From Nanobdellota archaeon (GTDB lineage: Archaea; Nanobdellota; Nanobdellia; Pacearchaeales; GW2011-AR1): DNA of 64,000 nucleotides. Below, piece after piece: positions 9,255 to 18,159 of this stretch (the stretch's first letter is position 1; each line of letters starts with the position of its first letter). The DNA is taken from contig JBBSYE010000008.1 in NCBI GenBank assembly GCA_038045385.1, positions 11,208-75,207 of the forward strand. The letters are read 5' to 3'. A program made the translations under genes and the position numbers. A model generated the notes under the pieces. The model was not told the origin of the DNA. It saw only the letters and a list, made by a program, of their open reading frames with translations, and did not search any database.

Positions 9255-10055
9255 ATGGAAAAGAGTGAGTTGGGTGTTTTTGCTTTTACTATTTTAGCTT
9301 TATCTTTGATTTTTATCGTTAGTTCTAGCGTTTCTTTTGTAAGTGCTACACATAATGCTACGCATAATTCTACTAATCAGACAGCAAGTTGCGTTGATAG
9401 TGATGGGGGTTTGAATTATTATGTGTTTGGAAGAGTTACGCAAAATGGCTCAAATGGTTCAACTGTCACTAACGATGTATGTAGTGGTTCTGCTATTGTT
9501 GAGGCTTATTGTAGCGGTGTAAATACACGAGTTGAATGGTGGAGCTGCCCTTATGGATGTGCTAATGGTGCTTGTCTTTCCAATCCTGGGGGAAATTCAA
9601 CAAATCAAACACATCGTGCTTGTGTTAACAACACTTGTGCTTTAGTTAATGGTAGCGGGTCAAATCAATGTTCAACGTTAGGGGCAAGCTGTGGAAATCA
9701 AACTGCTATCTGCGGTAATGGTGTTGTTGAAAGCGGAGAAGTTTGCGATCCTCCTGGAAGTTCTATTTCTTGTACATCTCAAGGAGTTGCTGGGACTAGG
9801 ACTTGTAATGCTCAATGTACAAGCTATGGTTCTTGTATAATTCCTTATCATAATGAATGTAGAGAAGTGAATGGAACAAAAAGTTGCGTTCCTATTCCTG
9901 GAAATGGGACTGTTCAATGCAGAAATGATGCTGGATGTCAGACTGGTCCTCTAAAGGGCGGAAATACTGGTAGAGGGTCTTCAACAAGCGTACAATACTC
10001 TCCTCCTTCTGCTTTATTTGCAAAGTTGATGTGTTTTTTTAGTAGCAAGTGTTAG
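9255..10055 (+). CDS. Secreted Cys-rich protein: CxDSDGG domain plus CGNG..E.GE.CD repeat
   Basis: Has a signal peptide. CVDSDGGLNYY...EAYCSG...CANGAC is paralogous to 8812-9123. CGNGVVESGEVCDPPG resembles the Myxococcus-type cysteine-rich repeat. Confidence 0.55.
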   Translation: MEKSELGVFAFTILALSLIFIVSSSVSFVSATHNATHNSTNQTASCVDSDGGLNYYVFGRVTQNGSNGSTVTNDVCSGSAIVEAYCSGVNTRVEWWSCPYGCANGACLSNPGGNSTNQTHRACVNNTCALVNGSGSNQCSTLGASCGNQTAICGNGVVESGEVCDPPGSSISCTSQGVAGTRTCNAQCTSYGSCIIPYHNECREVNGTKSCVPIPGNGTVQCRNDAGCQTGPLKGGNTGRGSSTSVQYSPPSALFAKLMCFFSSKC

Positions 10056-10148
10056 TTTGAGAAATTAATAGAGTAGTTTTGATATTGACTTTTGTATCTA
10101 TAATTGAAACGCAATAAAACTTAAATAGAGGAGAGTAAAAATATAAAC

Positions 10149-10910
10149 ATGACAAAGGGTGTGGCGATAAAATTTAAGTCTTATGATGAGACTGTTCCTG
10201 CACTTCTTAGAGTAATAAAGCTTGATGAAGAGCTAAAGAAGCATGATAAGATTGTGTTGAAGCCTAATTTGCATTCTAACTCTGAGCACTTTACACCGAC
10301 TGATTTTGTTGAGCAAGTTGTGAGATTTTGTGTGCAACATAAAAATCCTGGAGCTGAAATCGTTATAGCTGAAGGATCTGATGGGCATGATACTCTTGAT
10401 TTGTTCGAAGAGCGAGGATATAGAGTAATAGCAGAGAAATATGGAGTTGGACTTGTTGACTTGAATAGAACCGATGTTGAAGTTGTTAGCGATAGTGATT
10501 TTTTGATTAAAGATAGCGTTATGTATCCGAGGGTTATGAAGAATTCTTTTGTCATTTCGCTTCCATTGTTAAAGAAACATGATAGCTTTGGGCTAACTGG
10601 CTCTTTGTATAATCTACTCGGAGTTTATCCTGGAAGCCATTATAGGGGATTTTTCTCAAGGAATAAGAATAAGCTTGTTGGGCCTGTTAAGTATCAGATT
10701 CATGATATAGTTAAGGCTAAAATGCCTGGGCTATCGCTAGTGGATGCTCACGAGCAGGGATATATTCTTGCAGGTCATCCTCTTGAGACTGATAAGCAGG
10801 CAGCGAAGATTTTAGGGCTTGATTGGCGTTCGGTTGGACATTTGAGATTGGTTGATGAGAGCTTGAAGCCTAAGAAAGCTGAAATTATGCCTGTTCTTGA
10901 AAGACAATAA
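10149..10910 (+). CDS. DUF362 domain protein
   Basis: VAIKFKSYDETVPALLRVIKLDEELKKHDKIVLKPNL and the overall layout resemble DUF362 family proteins. Confidence 0.55.
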   Translation: MTKGVAIKFKSYDETVPALLRVIKLDEELKKHDKIVLKPNLHSNSEHFTPTDFVEQVVRFCVQHKNPGAEIVIAEGSDGHDTLDLFEERGYRVIAEKYGVGLVDLNRTDVEVVSDSDFLIKDSVMYPRVMKNSFVISLPLLKKHDSFGLTGSLYNLLGVYPGSHYRGFFSRNKNKLVGPVKYQIHDIVKAKMPGLSLVDAHEQGYILAGHPLETDKQAAKILGLDWRSVGHLRLVDESLKPKKAEIMPVLERQ

Positions 10911-10941
10911 ATTATATTAACCCAGGTATTTGAGGAATTAT

Positions 10942-11217
10942 ATGAAAAAGAGCGTAAGATTGTTGATTAGTGGCTCATTACAGCCGATGTTTTATAATGA
11001 ATATATTAAGAAAAATGCAGATATACTTAATCTTAGAGGATATTTGAGAAATCTTGAGGATGGGAGAGTTGAAGTTTTTCTTGAGGGAGATATGAAGGCC
11101 ATTGAAGAGATGCTTGAGGTTTGTAAGCAAGGGCCTTATAATACGCAGATTAGAAATATTGAGAGGAAGGAAGAACGTTATCAGGACTTCAAAGATTTTA
11201 GAGTGATGAGGATTTAG
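10942..11217 (+). CDS. acyP: Acylphosphatase
   Basis: About 91 aa. VRLLISGSLQPMFYNEYIKKNADILNLRGYLRNLEDGRVEVFLEG fits the acylphosphatase signature (V.G.VQGV.FR......A..l.l.G.V.N..dG.Vev...G). Confidence 0.7.
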   Translation: MKKSVRLLISGSLQPMFYNEYIKKNADILNLRGYLRNLEDGRVEVFLEGDMKAIEEMLEVCKQGPYNTQIRNIERKEERYQDFKDFRVMRI

Positions 11218-11268
11218 GTATTTTTAATTCTCCAAACATTTAAAAACTTCTGTTTAACGCAATCAAAT

Positions 11269-12096
11269 ATGGAAGAATACAAATCTACTGAAAGATGTAA
11301 AACTTCAGGGTTAGATATGAGAGAAACTCTTGAATGGTATAAAGATTCTGGAATTGAAATGCCTGAAATTAATGAAATGAGTTTCCCTTATCCTATTGAA
11401 AATGGAGGATTAATAGAATTATCAGAACGAGAATTGGGTGGGCTTTTGGCTTTGTTTCCTGAAAATGCAAGGAGAAGATTGATTCTTAGGAAAGTGGTTG
11501 GACAACCATCTACTTGGTTTCATGGAAGTTCGACAAATGAACAACCGCGACCGACAACCAATCAAGCAGAGGCATTATCCCTAACAGCGATAATTCCTTC
11601 TTATATTGATTATACTCCTTGGACTGAATTAAAAGTGCCTACGGCAGATATTTGGTTGTATAAAATTCCGCAAAATTCTGCTTCTGAAGAGGTTAGAAAA
11701 ATTGTTTTGGCTGAGGGATTTATTCATGAACTTGGTCATGGCATAGTTCAGCCCGCTTTGTATGTAAAAGACCATAATCTAAAATTCCCAGATGGAAAAA
11801 TTGTTAATGGTTTGGATGCAATGTTGCATTTTGCTGAATTAGCAGAACAACATTCGCCTATTTCACACTATGCCTCAACATACAGGGGACTGAACAACAA
11901 ATTTGAAAGCGATAGACCAAATTATAATGCAAAAACTGCTATTAGCGAAGAAATGTGCGAGACTATAGCCGGGTATATTCTTGATTTCTCTTATTGTGGA
12001 AATGATGCAAGAGGGAAAAATCCATTTGCAGATAGACTAGAGATTAGAGATTTTGTAGGGAATTTTTTAAATGCAGAATTAGTAAAGAAAGATTAG
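11269..12096 (+). CDS. Putative zinc metalloprotease (HExxH)
   Basis: 275 aa with a single FIHELGHGIV zincin-like motif. No family recognised. Confidence 0.4.
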   Translation: MEEYKSTERCKTSGLDMRETLEWYKDSGIEMPEINEMSFPYPIENGGLIELSERELGGLLALFPENARRRLILRKVVGQPSTWFHGSSTNEQPRPTTNQAEALSLTAIIPSYIDYTPWTELKVPTADIWLYKIPQNSASEEVRKIVLAEGFIHELGHGIVQPALYVKDHNLKFPDGKIVNGLDAMLHFAELAEQHSPISHYASTYRGLNNKFESDRPNYNAKTAISEEMCETIAGYILDFSYCGNDARGKNPFADRLEIRDFVGNFLNAELVKKD

Positions 12097-12149
12097 AGCT
12101 TTATTAATGAACTCAATAATTATATAAACTACTTTTTTCTAAATCAATA

Positions 12150-14273
12150 ATGGGCAGACAAGACGAAATAATAAAAGAAAGAATGCGAAAGATTGAGGAG
12201 CTTCGCGCTAGTGGGATAAATCCTTATCCTTATTCTTATGACCAAAAAGATTCTGCCGCCGACTTGCAAGAAGAACATGCTAAACTTAAAACAGAAGGAA
12301 AATCTAAAAAAATTGTGAAAGTGGCTGGACGATTAATGAGCGTTAGAGATATCGGAAAGATTGCATTTGGTGTGTTGCAAGATGGCTCTGGGAGAATACA
12401 AGTTTTGTTGCAAGATGGAGAGACGCCAGATAAGACTTTTGAATTCTTTAAGAAATATGTTGATTCTGGAGATTTTATTGGCGTTGAAGGTCCTGTTCTT
12501 AGGACTAAAAGAGGGGAGTTAAGCGTGCTTGTTAAGAAGATGGAATTGTTATCTAAATCTATTTTGCCTTTACCTGATAAATGGCACGGACTAGAGGATA
12601 AAGAAGAGCGATATAGAAAGAGATATGTTGATTTGCTTATGAGTCCTGAAGTTAAAGAAGTTTTTTTAAAGAGAGAGAAAATTATTGATTCCATTCGCGA
12701 GTTCTTGAAATCTAAAAAGTTTAACGAGGTTGATACGCCTTACTTACAGAGTGTTTATGGCGGGGCAGCTGCAAGGCCATTTAAGACGCATTTGAATGCG
12801 CTGAACATTGAATTATTTTTGGCTATATCCCCGGAGCTATATTTGAAGAGATTGATTGTTGGAGGATTTGATAGAGTTTTTACTATCGCAAGAAATTTTA
12901 GAAATGAAGGAATTGATAGATGGCATAATCCTGAATTTACGATGATGGAAATCTATCAAGCTTATGCGGACTATAATGATATGATGACTCTGACAGAGGA
13001 TTTATTTGAGCATGTCGCTAAAAAGGTTAATGGGACTAGTAAAGTAAAAATTGGGGATAAAGAGATTGACTTTAAGGCTCCTTGGAAAAGAATGACTATG
13101 CTTGATGCAATAAAGAAATTTGCTAAAATTGATGCAGATAAAATGTCCTCAAGTGAGCTGGGAGATTTTATGCGAAAGAATAGAGTTGAGCCAAAAGGCG
13201 AGAGCTGGGGTTGGAGAGTGCAAGCGATATTCGAGCATTTTTGCGAGAAGCACCTAGAACAGCCGACTTTTATTATTGATCATCCTGTTGAGACTACGCC
13301 GCTATGTAAGACGCATAGAAGCGGGGATAAGAGATTGATTGAGAGATTTGAGCCTTTTGCTTTAGGTGCGGAGTTGGCTAATGCTTATTCTGAACTGAAT
13401 GATCCAGTTTTGCAGAGAAAAATGCTTGAGGATCAGCAGAGCGAATTGAGCAAGGGAAATGCTGAAGCAAATCCTTATGATGAAGATTTTGTTAATGCTA
13501 TTGAGACTGGACTTCCGCCTACTGGCGGATTGGGAATTGGAATAGATAGAATGGTGATTCTTATGCTTGGACAGGAATCTATCAGAGATGTAATATTATT
13601 TCCATTTATGAAACCTGTGCAGGAAGAAAAAAGACCTGAGCCTGTTGAAGATAAAAGCGTTCATATTGAGGGCAAAAGACATCCTGAATTGCCAAAAGAA
13701 ATTCCCGCTGGGAAAGCTGTGTCTAGAAAAGAGGCTTTAGCGCTTCTTATGGAGTATGTTAAATCGGATAGTCTTCAGCAACATTGCTTATCTTTAGAGG
13801 CCGTAATGAGGGCCTACGCCCGTAAACTTGGGGAGAATGAAGAGCTATGGGGAATTACTGGATTATTACATGATTTTGATTATGAGAAATTCCCTGAAAA
13901 GCACACTATTGCAGGAACTTCAATACTTATTGAGAAAAAATATCCAAAAGAGATAATCCATGCAATTCTATCTCACTACTCGTCTTTCACTGGAGTTCCA
14001 CGTAAGACTCGCATGGAAAAAGTTCTTTTTGCTGTGGACGAACTTGTGGGTTTAATTACTGCTTTGTCTAAAGTTAGAGCTGACAAATTTGCAGGAATGA
14101 CTCCTGAGTCTGTTGAGAAAGCAATGAAAAAGAAAGATTTTGCTGCTAAGATAGATAGAAAAGATATTGAACTTGGTATTGCTGAAATGGAAAGTATTGG
14201 GGTAGACAGAGAAGAACATTTTAACCTTGTTATTGAAGCTCTTAGAAATTGGCATATGGGGAAAAATGGTTGA
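12150..14273 (+). CDS. lysS: Class II lysyl-tRNA synthetase fused to a C-terminal HD-superfamily hydrolase domain
   Basis: N-terminal OB fold plus class II core (FRNEGIDRWHNPEFTMMEIYQAY, GGLGIGIDRMVILM) ending near FPFMKP. A further roughly 215 aa carry LLHDFDYEKFPEKH...ILSHY (HD, COG2316-like). Confidence 0.9.
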   Translation: MGRQDEIIKERMRKIEELRASGINPYPYSYDQKDSAADLQEEHAKLKTEGKSKKIVKVAGRLMSVRDIGKIAFGVLQDGSGRIQVLLQDGETPDKTFEFFKKYVDSGDFIGVEGPVLRTKRGELSVLVKKMELLSKSILPLPDKWHGLEDKEERYRKRYVDLLMSPEVKEVFLKREKIIDSIREFLKSKKFNEVDTPYLQSVYGGAAARPFKTHLNALNIELFLAISPELYLKRLIVGGFDRVFTIARNFRNEGIDRWHNPEFTMMEIYQAYADYNDMMTLTEDLFEHVAKKVNGTSKVKIGDKEIDFKAPWKRMTMLDAIKKFAKIDADKMSSSELGDFMRKNRVEPKGESWGWRVQAIFEHFCEKHLEQPTFIIDHPVETTPLCKTHRSGDKRLIERFEPFALGAELANAYSELNDPVLQRKMLEDQQSELSKGNAEANPYDEDFVNAIETGLPPTGGLGIGIDRMVILMLGQESIRDVILFPFMKPVQEEKRPEPVEDKSVHIEGKRHPELPKEIPAGKAVSRKEALALLMEYVKSDSLQQHCLSLEAVMRAYARKLGENEELWGITGLLHDFDYEKFPEKHTIAGTSILIEKKYPKEIIHAILSHYSSFTGVPRKTRMEKVLFAVDELVGLITALSKVRADKFAGMTPESVEKAMKKKDFAAKIDRKDIELGIAEMESIGVDREEHFNLVIEALRNWHMGKNG

Positions 14274-14350
14274 ACTTATTAGTAGAAAATCTTCGGGATA
14301 AAATTTATGACAACATTTATAAATCTGGTTATATTGGTATAATCAATACT

Positions 14351-14575
14351 ATGACAATAGAATTTGAAGCAGGATTGAAGCGATGGGGAAGGTCGTTTGG
14401 AATAGTCGTGCCTATGGAAAAAGTAAGACTTGGAGATTTCAGGGAGAATGAAAAGCTACGAATAGCTATAGTGAAAGAGAAAACTCCTTTAAAGAAGCAT
14501 TTCGGAAGTCATACGTTCAGTAGATCTGTTGAGGAAATCTTAAATGAAGGAGATAGAGAATCCTGGGACGAATAA
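14351..14575 (+). CDS. AbrB/SpoVT-type antitoxin (VapB-like)
   Basis: The ATG at 14351 gives MTIEFEAGLKRWGRSFGIVVPMEKVRLGDFRENEKLRI, which looks like a swapped-hairpin fold. It overlaps the downstream PIN gene. Confidence 0.5.
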   Translation: MTIEFEAGLKRWGRSFGIVVPMEKVRLGDFRENEKLRIAIVKEKTPLKKHFGSHTFSRSVEEILNEGDRESWDE

Positions 14576-14936
14576 AGAGACATATTTTTTTGATACTTAT
14601 GCTCTTTTTGAAATAATCGGGGGAAATCTTAACTATCAGAAGTATTCAGATTGCAATATCGTAACAACCATTTTTAATCTTGCAGAGTTTAATTATAACC
14701 TGAAGAAAGATATGCCTAAAAAGAAAGCTGATGATTATACAGAAGATTATTACGATTTCATGGTTGAAGTTGAACTTGAAGATGTGAAAAAAGCTATGGA
14801 TTTAAAATCAGCAATGAGAGAGCTGTCAATTCCTGATGCAATTGGCTATATCGTAGCGCAGAGACTTGGAGTTAAGTTTCTTACAGGAGATTCTGATTTT
14901 GCTGACATGAAGAATGTTGAATTTGTTAAGAAATGA
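14544..14936 (+). CDS. PIN-domain toxin (VapC-like)
   Basis: YFFDTYALFEI (N-terminal Asp) and LTGDSDFADM (C-terminal Asp) are PIN hallmarks. The gene overlaps the antitoxin by 32 nt. Confidence 0.65.
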   Translation: MKEIENPGTNKETYFFDTYALFEIIGGNLNYQKYSDCNIVTTIFNLAEFNYNLKKDMPKKKADDYTEDYYDFMVEVELEDVKKAMDLKSAMRELSIPDAIGYIVAQRLGVKFLTGDSDFADMKNVEFVKK

Positions 14937-14975
14937 AGACAATAGATTTAAAACTATATTTTTCTTTGCTGGACT

Positions 14976-15149
14976 ATGGGTGATGTAGAATTAATTATTA
15001 AGAGCAAGATTAAGTCTGCAGTTCCTGAATTAAGCGTTGCTAGTGAGGTGCCTGAAGCGTTGAATAAAAAAGTTCTTGAGCTTTTGAGAGTGGCTAGTGA
15101 GAGAGCAAAGGCTAATGGGCGGAGAACTTTACAGGCGAGAGATTTGTGA
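14976..15149 (+). CDS. DUF1931 histone-fold-like small protein
   Basis: 57-aa ORF absent from the track: MGDVELIIKSKIKSAVPELSVASEVPEALNKKVLELLRVASERAKANGRRTLQARDL. The ending ANGR.T..ARDL is typical of DUF1931/histone-fold proteins. Confidence 0.5.
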   Translation: MGDVELIIKSKIKSAVPELSVASEVPEALNKKVLELLRVASERAKANGRRTLQARDL

Positions 15150-15264
15150 GATTAAATGATAAGCAGGTTTTATTTTTTCCTTGTAAAATAGCTATTGCGC
15201 GTGCTTTTCTGGAAGTTAATTGAGCAAGATAATCTTTAGTTTCTTTTGCGTGAATTTTGTCAAT

Positions 15265-15975
15265 TTATTCTAGAGCTCTAGCTTCAAAATCGGCGCGCGT
15301 GCCTTCGGCACGAACGAAATCCACACGACCACTCGCACTGGAGCCCGCGACGCCCCAATCCGCGTTCCAATGGCCGCCCCTATAGCGGTCCAGCCTGCGA
15401 AGACCTGAATATCCAACAGGACTAAATCTTCTAAGGGCTTCTTTTGCTTGCTCTCCGTGTATGATTAAAGAATCGTCTTCACTAAAAGCAAATTCTAGCC
15501 CTTTATTTTTTAGGACAAAACTTGAGGGATGAGCTAATATTGGTAACTGCCAATTTCTTTTTTGTGCTTCAATTATTAGAGGGGTGGCTAGTTCTTTATT
15601 TGGGGATCCATCTGAATATATTGCTAAACCCAAGTCTCTATAAACTCCGTTGGTTAATTTGCCTTGTTTATCTAATTGCATTGCTTCGTCAAAAGTTAGT
15701 GTTCTCTTTTTTGATGGTGCTAAAACTTCGTTTGCAACCACCATAAGCTGAAAGTTTGAACCATTTATTTCTCCTGTTTCTTTATTATATTGCCAGTATG
15801 CGTTTGCCCATGGGGCGTTTGCATATTTTTCTTTGATTTTTTCAACGACGCCTTGATGCAAATCTCTTGCGCCATCATGTATTAATTTTTCTGCATAGCT
15901 AATGCGTTGGACTGGCTCTAATAAAACAATTCTTTCTGCTTCTTGCGCTTGGTTTGTCATGTTTTTTCTACTCAT
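15265..15975 (-). CDS. Candidate DGR target protein with GC-rich VR-like C-terminus
   Basis: 236 aa with no signal peptide. The C-terminus RRLDRYRGGHWNADWGVAGSSASGRVDFVRAEG is encoded by a sharply GC-rich patch and resembles the VR of 25286-26068. Confidence 0.6.
   Translation of the reverse strand: MSRKNMTNQAQEAERIVLLEPVQRISYAEKLIHDGARDLHQGVVEKIKEKYANAPWANAYWQYNKETGEINGSNFQLMVVANEVLAPSKKRTLTFDEAMQLDKQGKLTNGVYRDLGLAIYSDGSPNKELATPLIIEAQKRNWQLPILAHPSSFVLKNKGLEFAFSEDDSLIIHGEQAKEALRRFSPVGYSGLRRLDRYRGGHWNADWGVAGSSASGRVDFVRAEGTRADFEARALE
15298..15312 (-). other. Hairpin just 3' of the VR-like region (6-bp stem, GAA loop on coding strand)
   Basis: The plus strand reads cgtgcc-ttc-ggcacg, a perfect 6-bp stem. 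The position and GAA loop match the hairpin at 25302-25314. Confidence 0.5.
15316..15399 (-). repeat. VR-like variable region (orphan: no matching TR in this window)
   Basis: GC-rich island in an AT-rich gene. It shares RLD..G..W...G.A.G..(V/F) spacing with the TR/VR at 24987-25421 but differs at non-adenine TR positions and in length. Confidence 0.5.
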
Positions 15976-16075
15976 ATCGGGTATTTAAAGATAATTATTA
16001 TTGAATTTAGACGATAGCAAGTATTTTATACCTTAAGATATTGTGTTTTTTATGAAGATGAAAGGAGGATATAAT

Positions 16076-16852
16076 ATGAATAGACTATATGTTGCTTTGA
16101 TAATTCCATTACTTTTGCTTTCAATAGCGGGATTTGCGATTGCTGAATCTGTTGATATTGAAGATGGAGATGATGACTCTGATTCTGTAAGCGGGGTTGA
16201 TGATTCTGAAGAAACAAGCGATCCATTTGAATCAAGCGATGAGACTAAAGATGTTGAGGATGCGCTTGAAGAGAATGAGGTTGATGACGATGATGTTAAG
16301 AGTGTCTTATCTGGAGATAGTGCCGTTACTCATGTGATAACACACGGACAAGGATACTTAGTTTCAAGTTCTGGGGAAATTTCACTGACAAGTGGATTTT
16401 GGAATTCGTTTACTAGGGCTGAAGTCTCTAGGGGAAAGGGATTCTTGAATATCGGTGGAGCGAAGTTTGTGCTTAAGGCGACAAGTTCAAGCGAAACTGA
16501 AAAGAAATTCGACCTTTATAGAAGAGAGGTTAAAGTTGGAAGCGCTACATTTACTAGAACTAAGACTGATAATAATAAGGCCTTGTGGGATGTTGATGTT
16601 AGCATAACTACTGATGAAAGAAGCGTAACTGCTGAAGGGGTATTTGCTACGGCTACTAGAAGCGTGACTAAATCTCAGGAGCGAGATGATGACTCTGATA
16701 ACGAAAAGGTTAGCGACAGAATCAAAGAAGCAAGAGAATTAGCTAAAGAGGAAGCTAAGCAAACTCAGGAAACTTCAAAGAGATGGTTCCAGTTCTGGAA
16801 GAGAGAAGCTAAAGAAGTGGGGCAGAATAATGCTGACTCTGATGCTGAATAA
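16076..16852 (+). CDS. Secreted acidic protein
   Basis: The ATG at 16076 gives the signal-like MNRLYVALIIPLLLLSIAGFAIA, followed by a long Asp/Glu/Ser-rich stretch. No family recognised. Confidence 0.5.
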   Translation: MNRLYVALIIPLLLLSIAGFAIAESVDIEDGDDDSDSVSGVDDSEETSDPFESSDETKDVEDALEENEVDDDDVKSVLSGDSAVTHVITHGQGYLVSSSGEISLTSGFWNSFTRAEVSRGKGFLNIGGAKFVLKATSSSETEKKFDLYRREVKVGSATFTRTKTDNNKALWDVDVSITTDERSVTAEGVFATATRSVTKSQERDDDSDNEKVSDRIKEARELAKEEAKQTQETSKRWFQFWKREAKEVGQNNADSDAE

Positions 16853-16924
16853 GGATATTTTTATTTTTCTTTTTTTCCTTTAGTTTTGAGTTGGTTTTTT
16901 ATACTCTCGAGCTTTCTAATTTTT

Positions 16925-17335
16925 ATGAATGAAAGGTCTGAAAAGGGTAGGAAGGGTAGAGTAAATGGTAGAATTTTTGAGCTTAAAGTTAGAAAAGATT
17001 TGGAAAAAAAAGGGTGGGTTGTTGCGAAGTGGAGTAATAATGTTGAGTTAAACGAAGAAGATGGGGAGCTTATACCTGCAAAGCGAAAGTATAATCCTTT
17101 TACTAAATTTGCTTCTTTTGGAAATGGATTTCCTGACTTTATAACTTATAAGCTACTTGAATCGGGAAGTTATGAGGTTATCGGCGTGGAAGTTAAGTCA
17201 AGGGGTTATTTGGATAAAGAAGAGAGAATAAAATGTTCATGGCTTCTCAAGAATAAGATATTTAATAGTGTTTCAATTGCCAAGAAAGGTAAGCAAAGAG
17301 GAGAGATAATTTATGATAAGTTTAACACTGGCTGA
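16925..17335 (+). CDS. PD-(D/E)xK nuclease, Holliday junction resolvase Hjc-like
   Basis: GRIFELKVRKDLEKKGWVV...GFPDFI...YEVIGVEVKSRG matches the Hjc layout (G..fE..l...L...G..v...D.....iEvK). Confidence 0.45.
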   Translation: MNERSEKGRKGRVNGRIFELKVRKDLEKKGWVVAKWSNNVELNEEDGELIPAKRKYNPFTKFASFGNGFPDFITYKLLESGSYEVIGVEVKSRGYLDKEERIKCSWLLKNKIFNSVSIAKKGKQRGEIIYDKFNTG

Positions 17336-17397
17336 AAATGCCTATAGACTATGGGTTGTATCATAAGTTATTTATAATGAAAAAATCTGTTATTTAA

Positions 17398-18120
17398 ATG
17401 AGCCAAGATAAGAGATTCAAGGGGAAATTAAGCGATGATTATGACTTGTTTAGCAAAGTTTCTCTTCATGAAGATGAAATTCAAGAAACTGTAGCGATAG
17501 CAATAAAGGAATATTTCGCAAATAAAAATCAAGAAATTATAACAGTTTTGGAATTGGGAAGCGGCACCGGGCTTACAACTTCAGTTATATTAAACTCTGA
17601 TAAGAGAACGATAGTTACTGCGGTAGATAATGAGAAATCTATGATGAATCAGATTAATGAAAAAATGAAGAAAGATATAGAAAAAGGTAGAGTCAAGCCA
17701 ATAAGAGAAGATTGCTTAGAATATCTTAGAAATATTGATCAGGATAGCTTTGATGTTTTTGCTAGCGCTTGGACACTTCATAACTTTAACAAAGATTATA
17801 GAAAATTGGTTTTAGAAGAAATATACAGAGTCCTAAAGAAAGGGGGATTTTTCGTTAATGCAGACAAATATGCCTTAGATAATCCAGAAGAACAAAAGAA
17901 GGAATCTAAAACACATATTGCTCGATTTGCAGAGTTTGAAAGGCTAGGTAGACCTGATTTAAAAGAAAAATGGACTCAACACTATCTTGAAGATGAAAAG
18001 CCGGAAATAATTATGATTGAGGGAGAAGCAATATCGCAAATGGAAGAAATTGGCTTTATGAACATTAAGATTCCTTACAGAAAAAGTATAAATGCGACAA
18101 TAACTGCAGAAAAACATTAA
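17398..18120 (+). CDS. Class I SAM-dependent methyltransferase
   Basis: Motif I VLELGSGTGLTT, an acidic loop at VTAVDNE, and post-I/II motifs (FDVFASAWTLHNF, LKKGGFFV). Confidence 0.7.
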   Translation: MSQDKRFKGKLSDDYDLFSKVSLHEDEIQETVAIAIKEYFANKNQEIITVLELGSGTGLTTSVILNSDKRTIVTAVDNEKSMMNQINEKMKKDIEKGRVKPIREDCLEYLRNIDQDSFDVFASAWTLHNFNKDYRKLVLEEIYRVLKKGGFFVNADKYALDNPEEQKKESKTHIARFAEFERLGRPDLKEKWTQHYLEDEKPEIIMIEGEAISQMEEIGFMNIKIPYRKSINATITAEKH

Positions 18121-18159
18121 CTTTTAAACTTAGGCACTTTTTTCTTTAGCTTGTATGTG

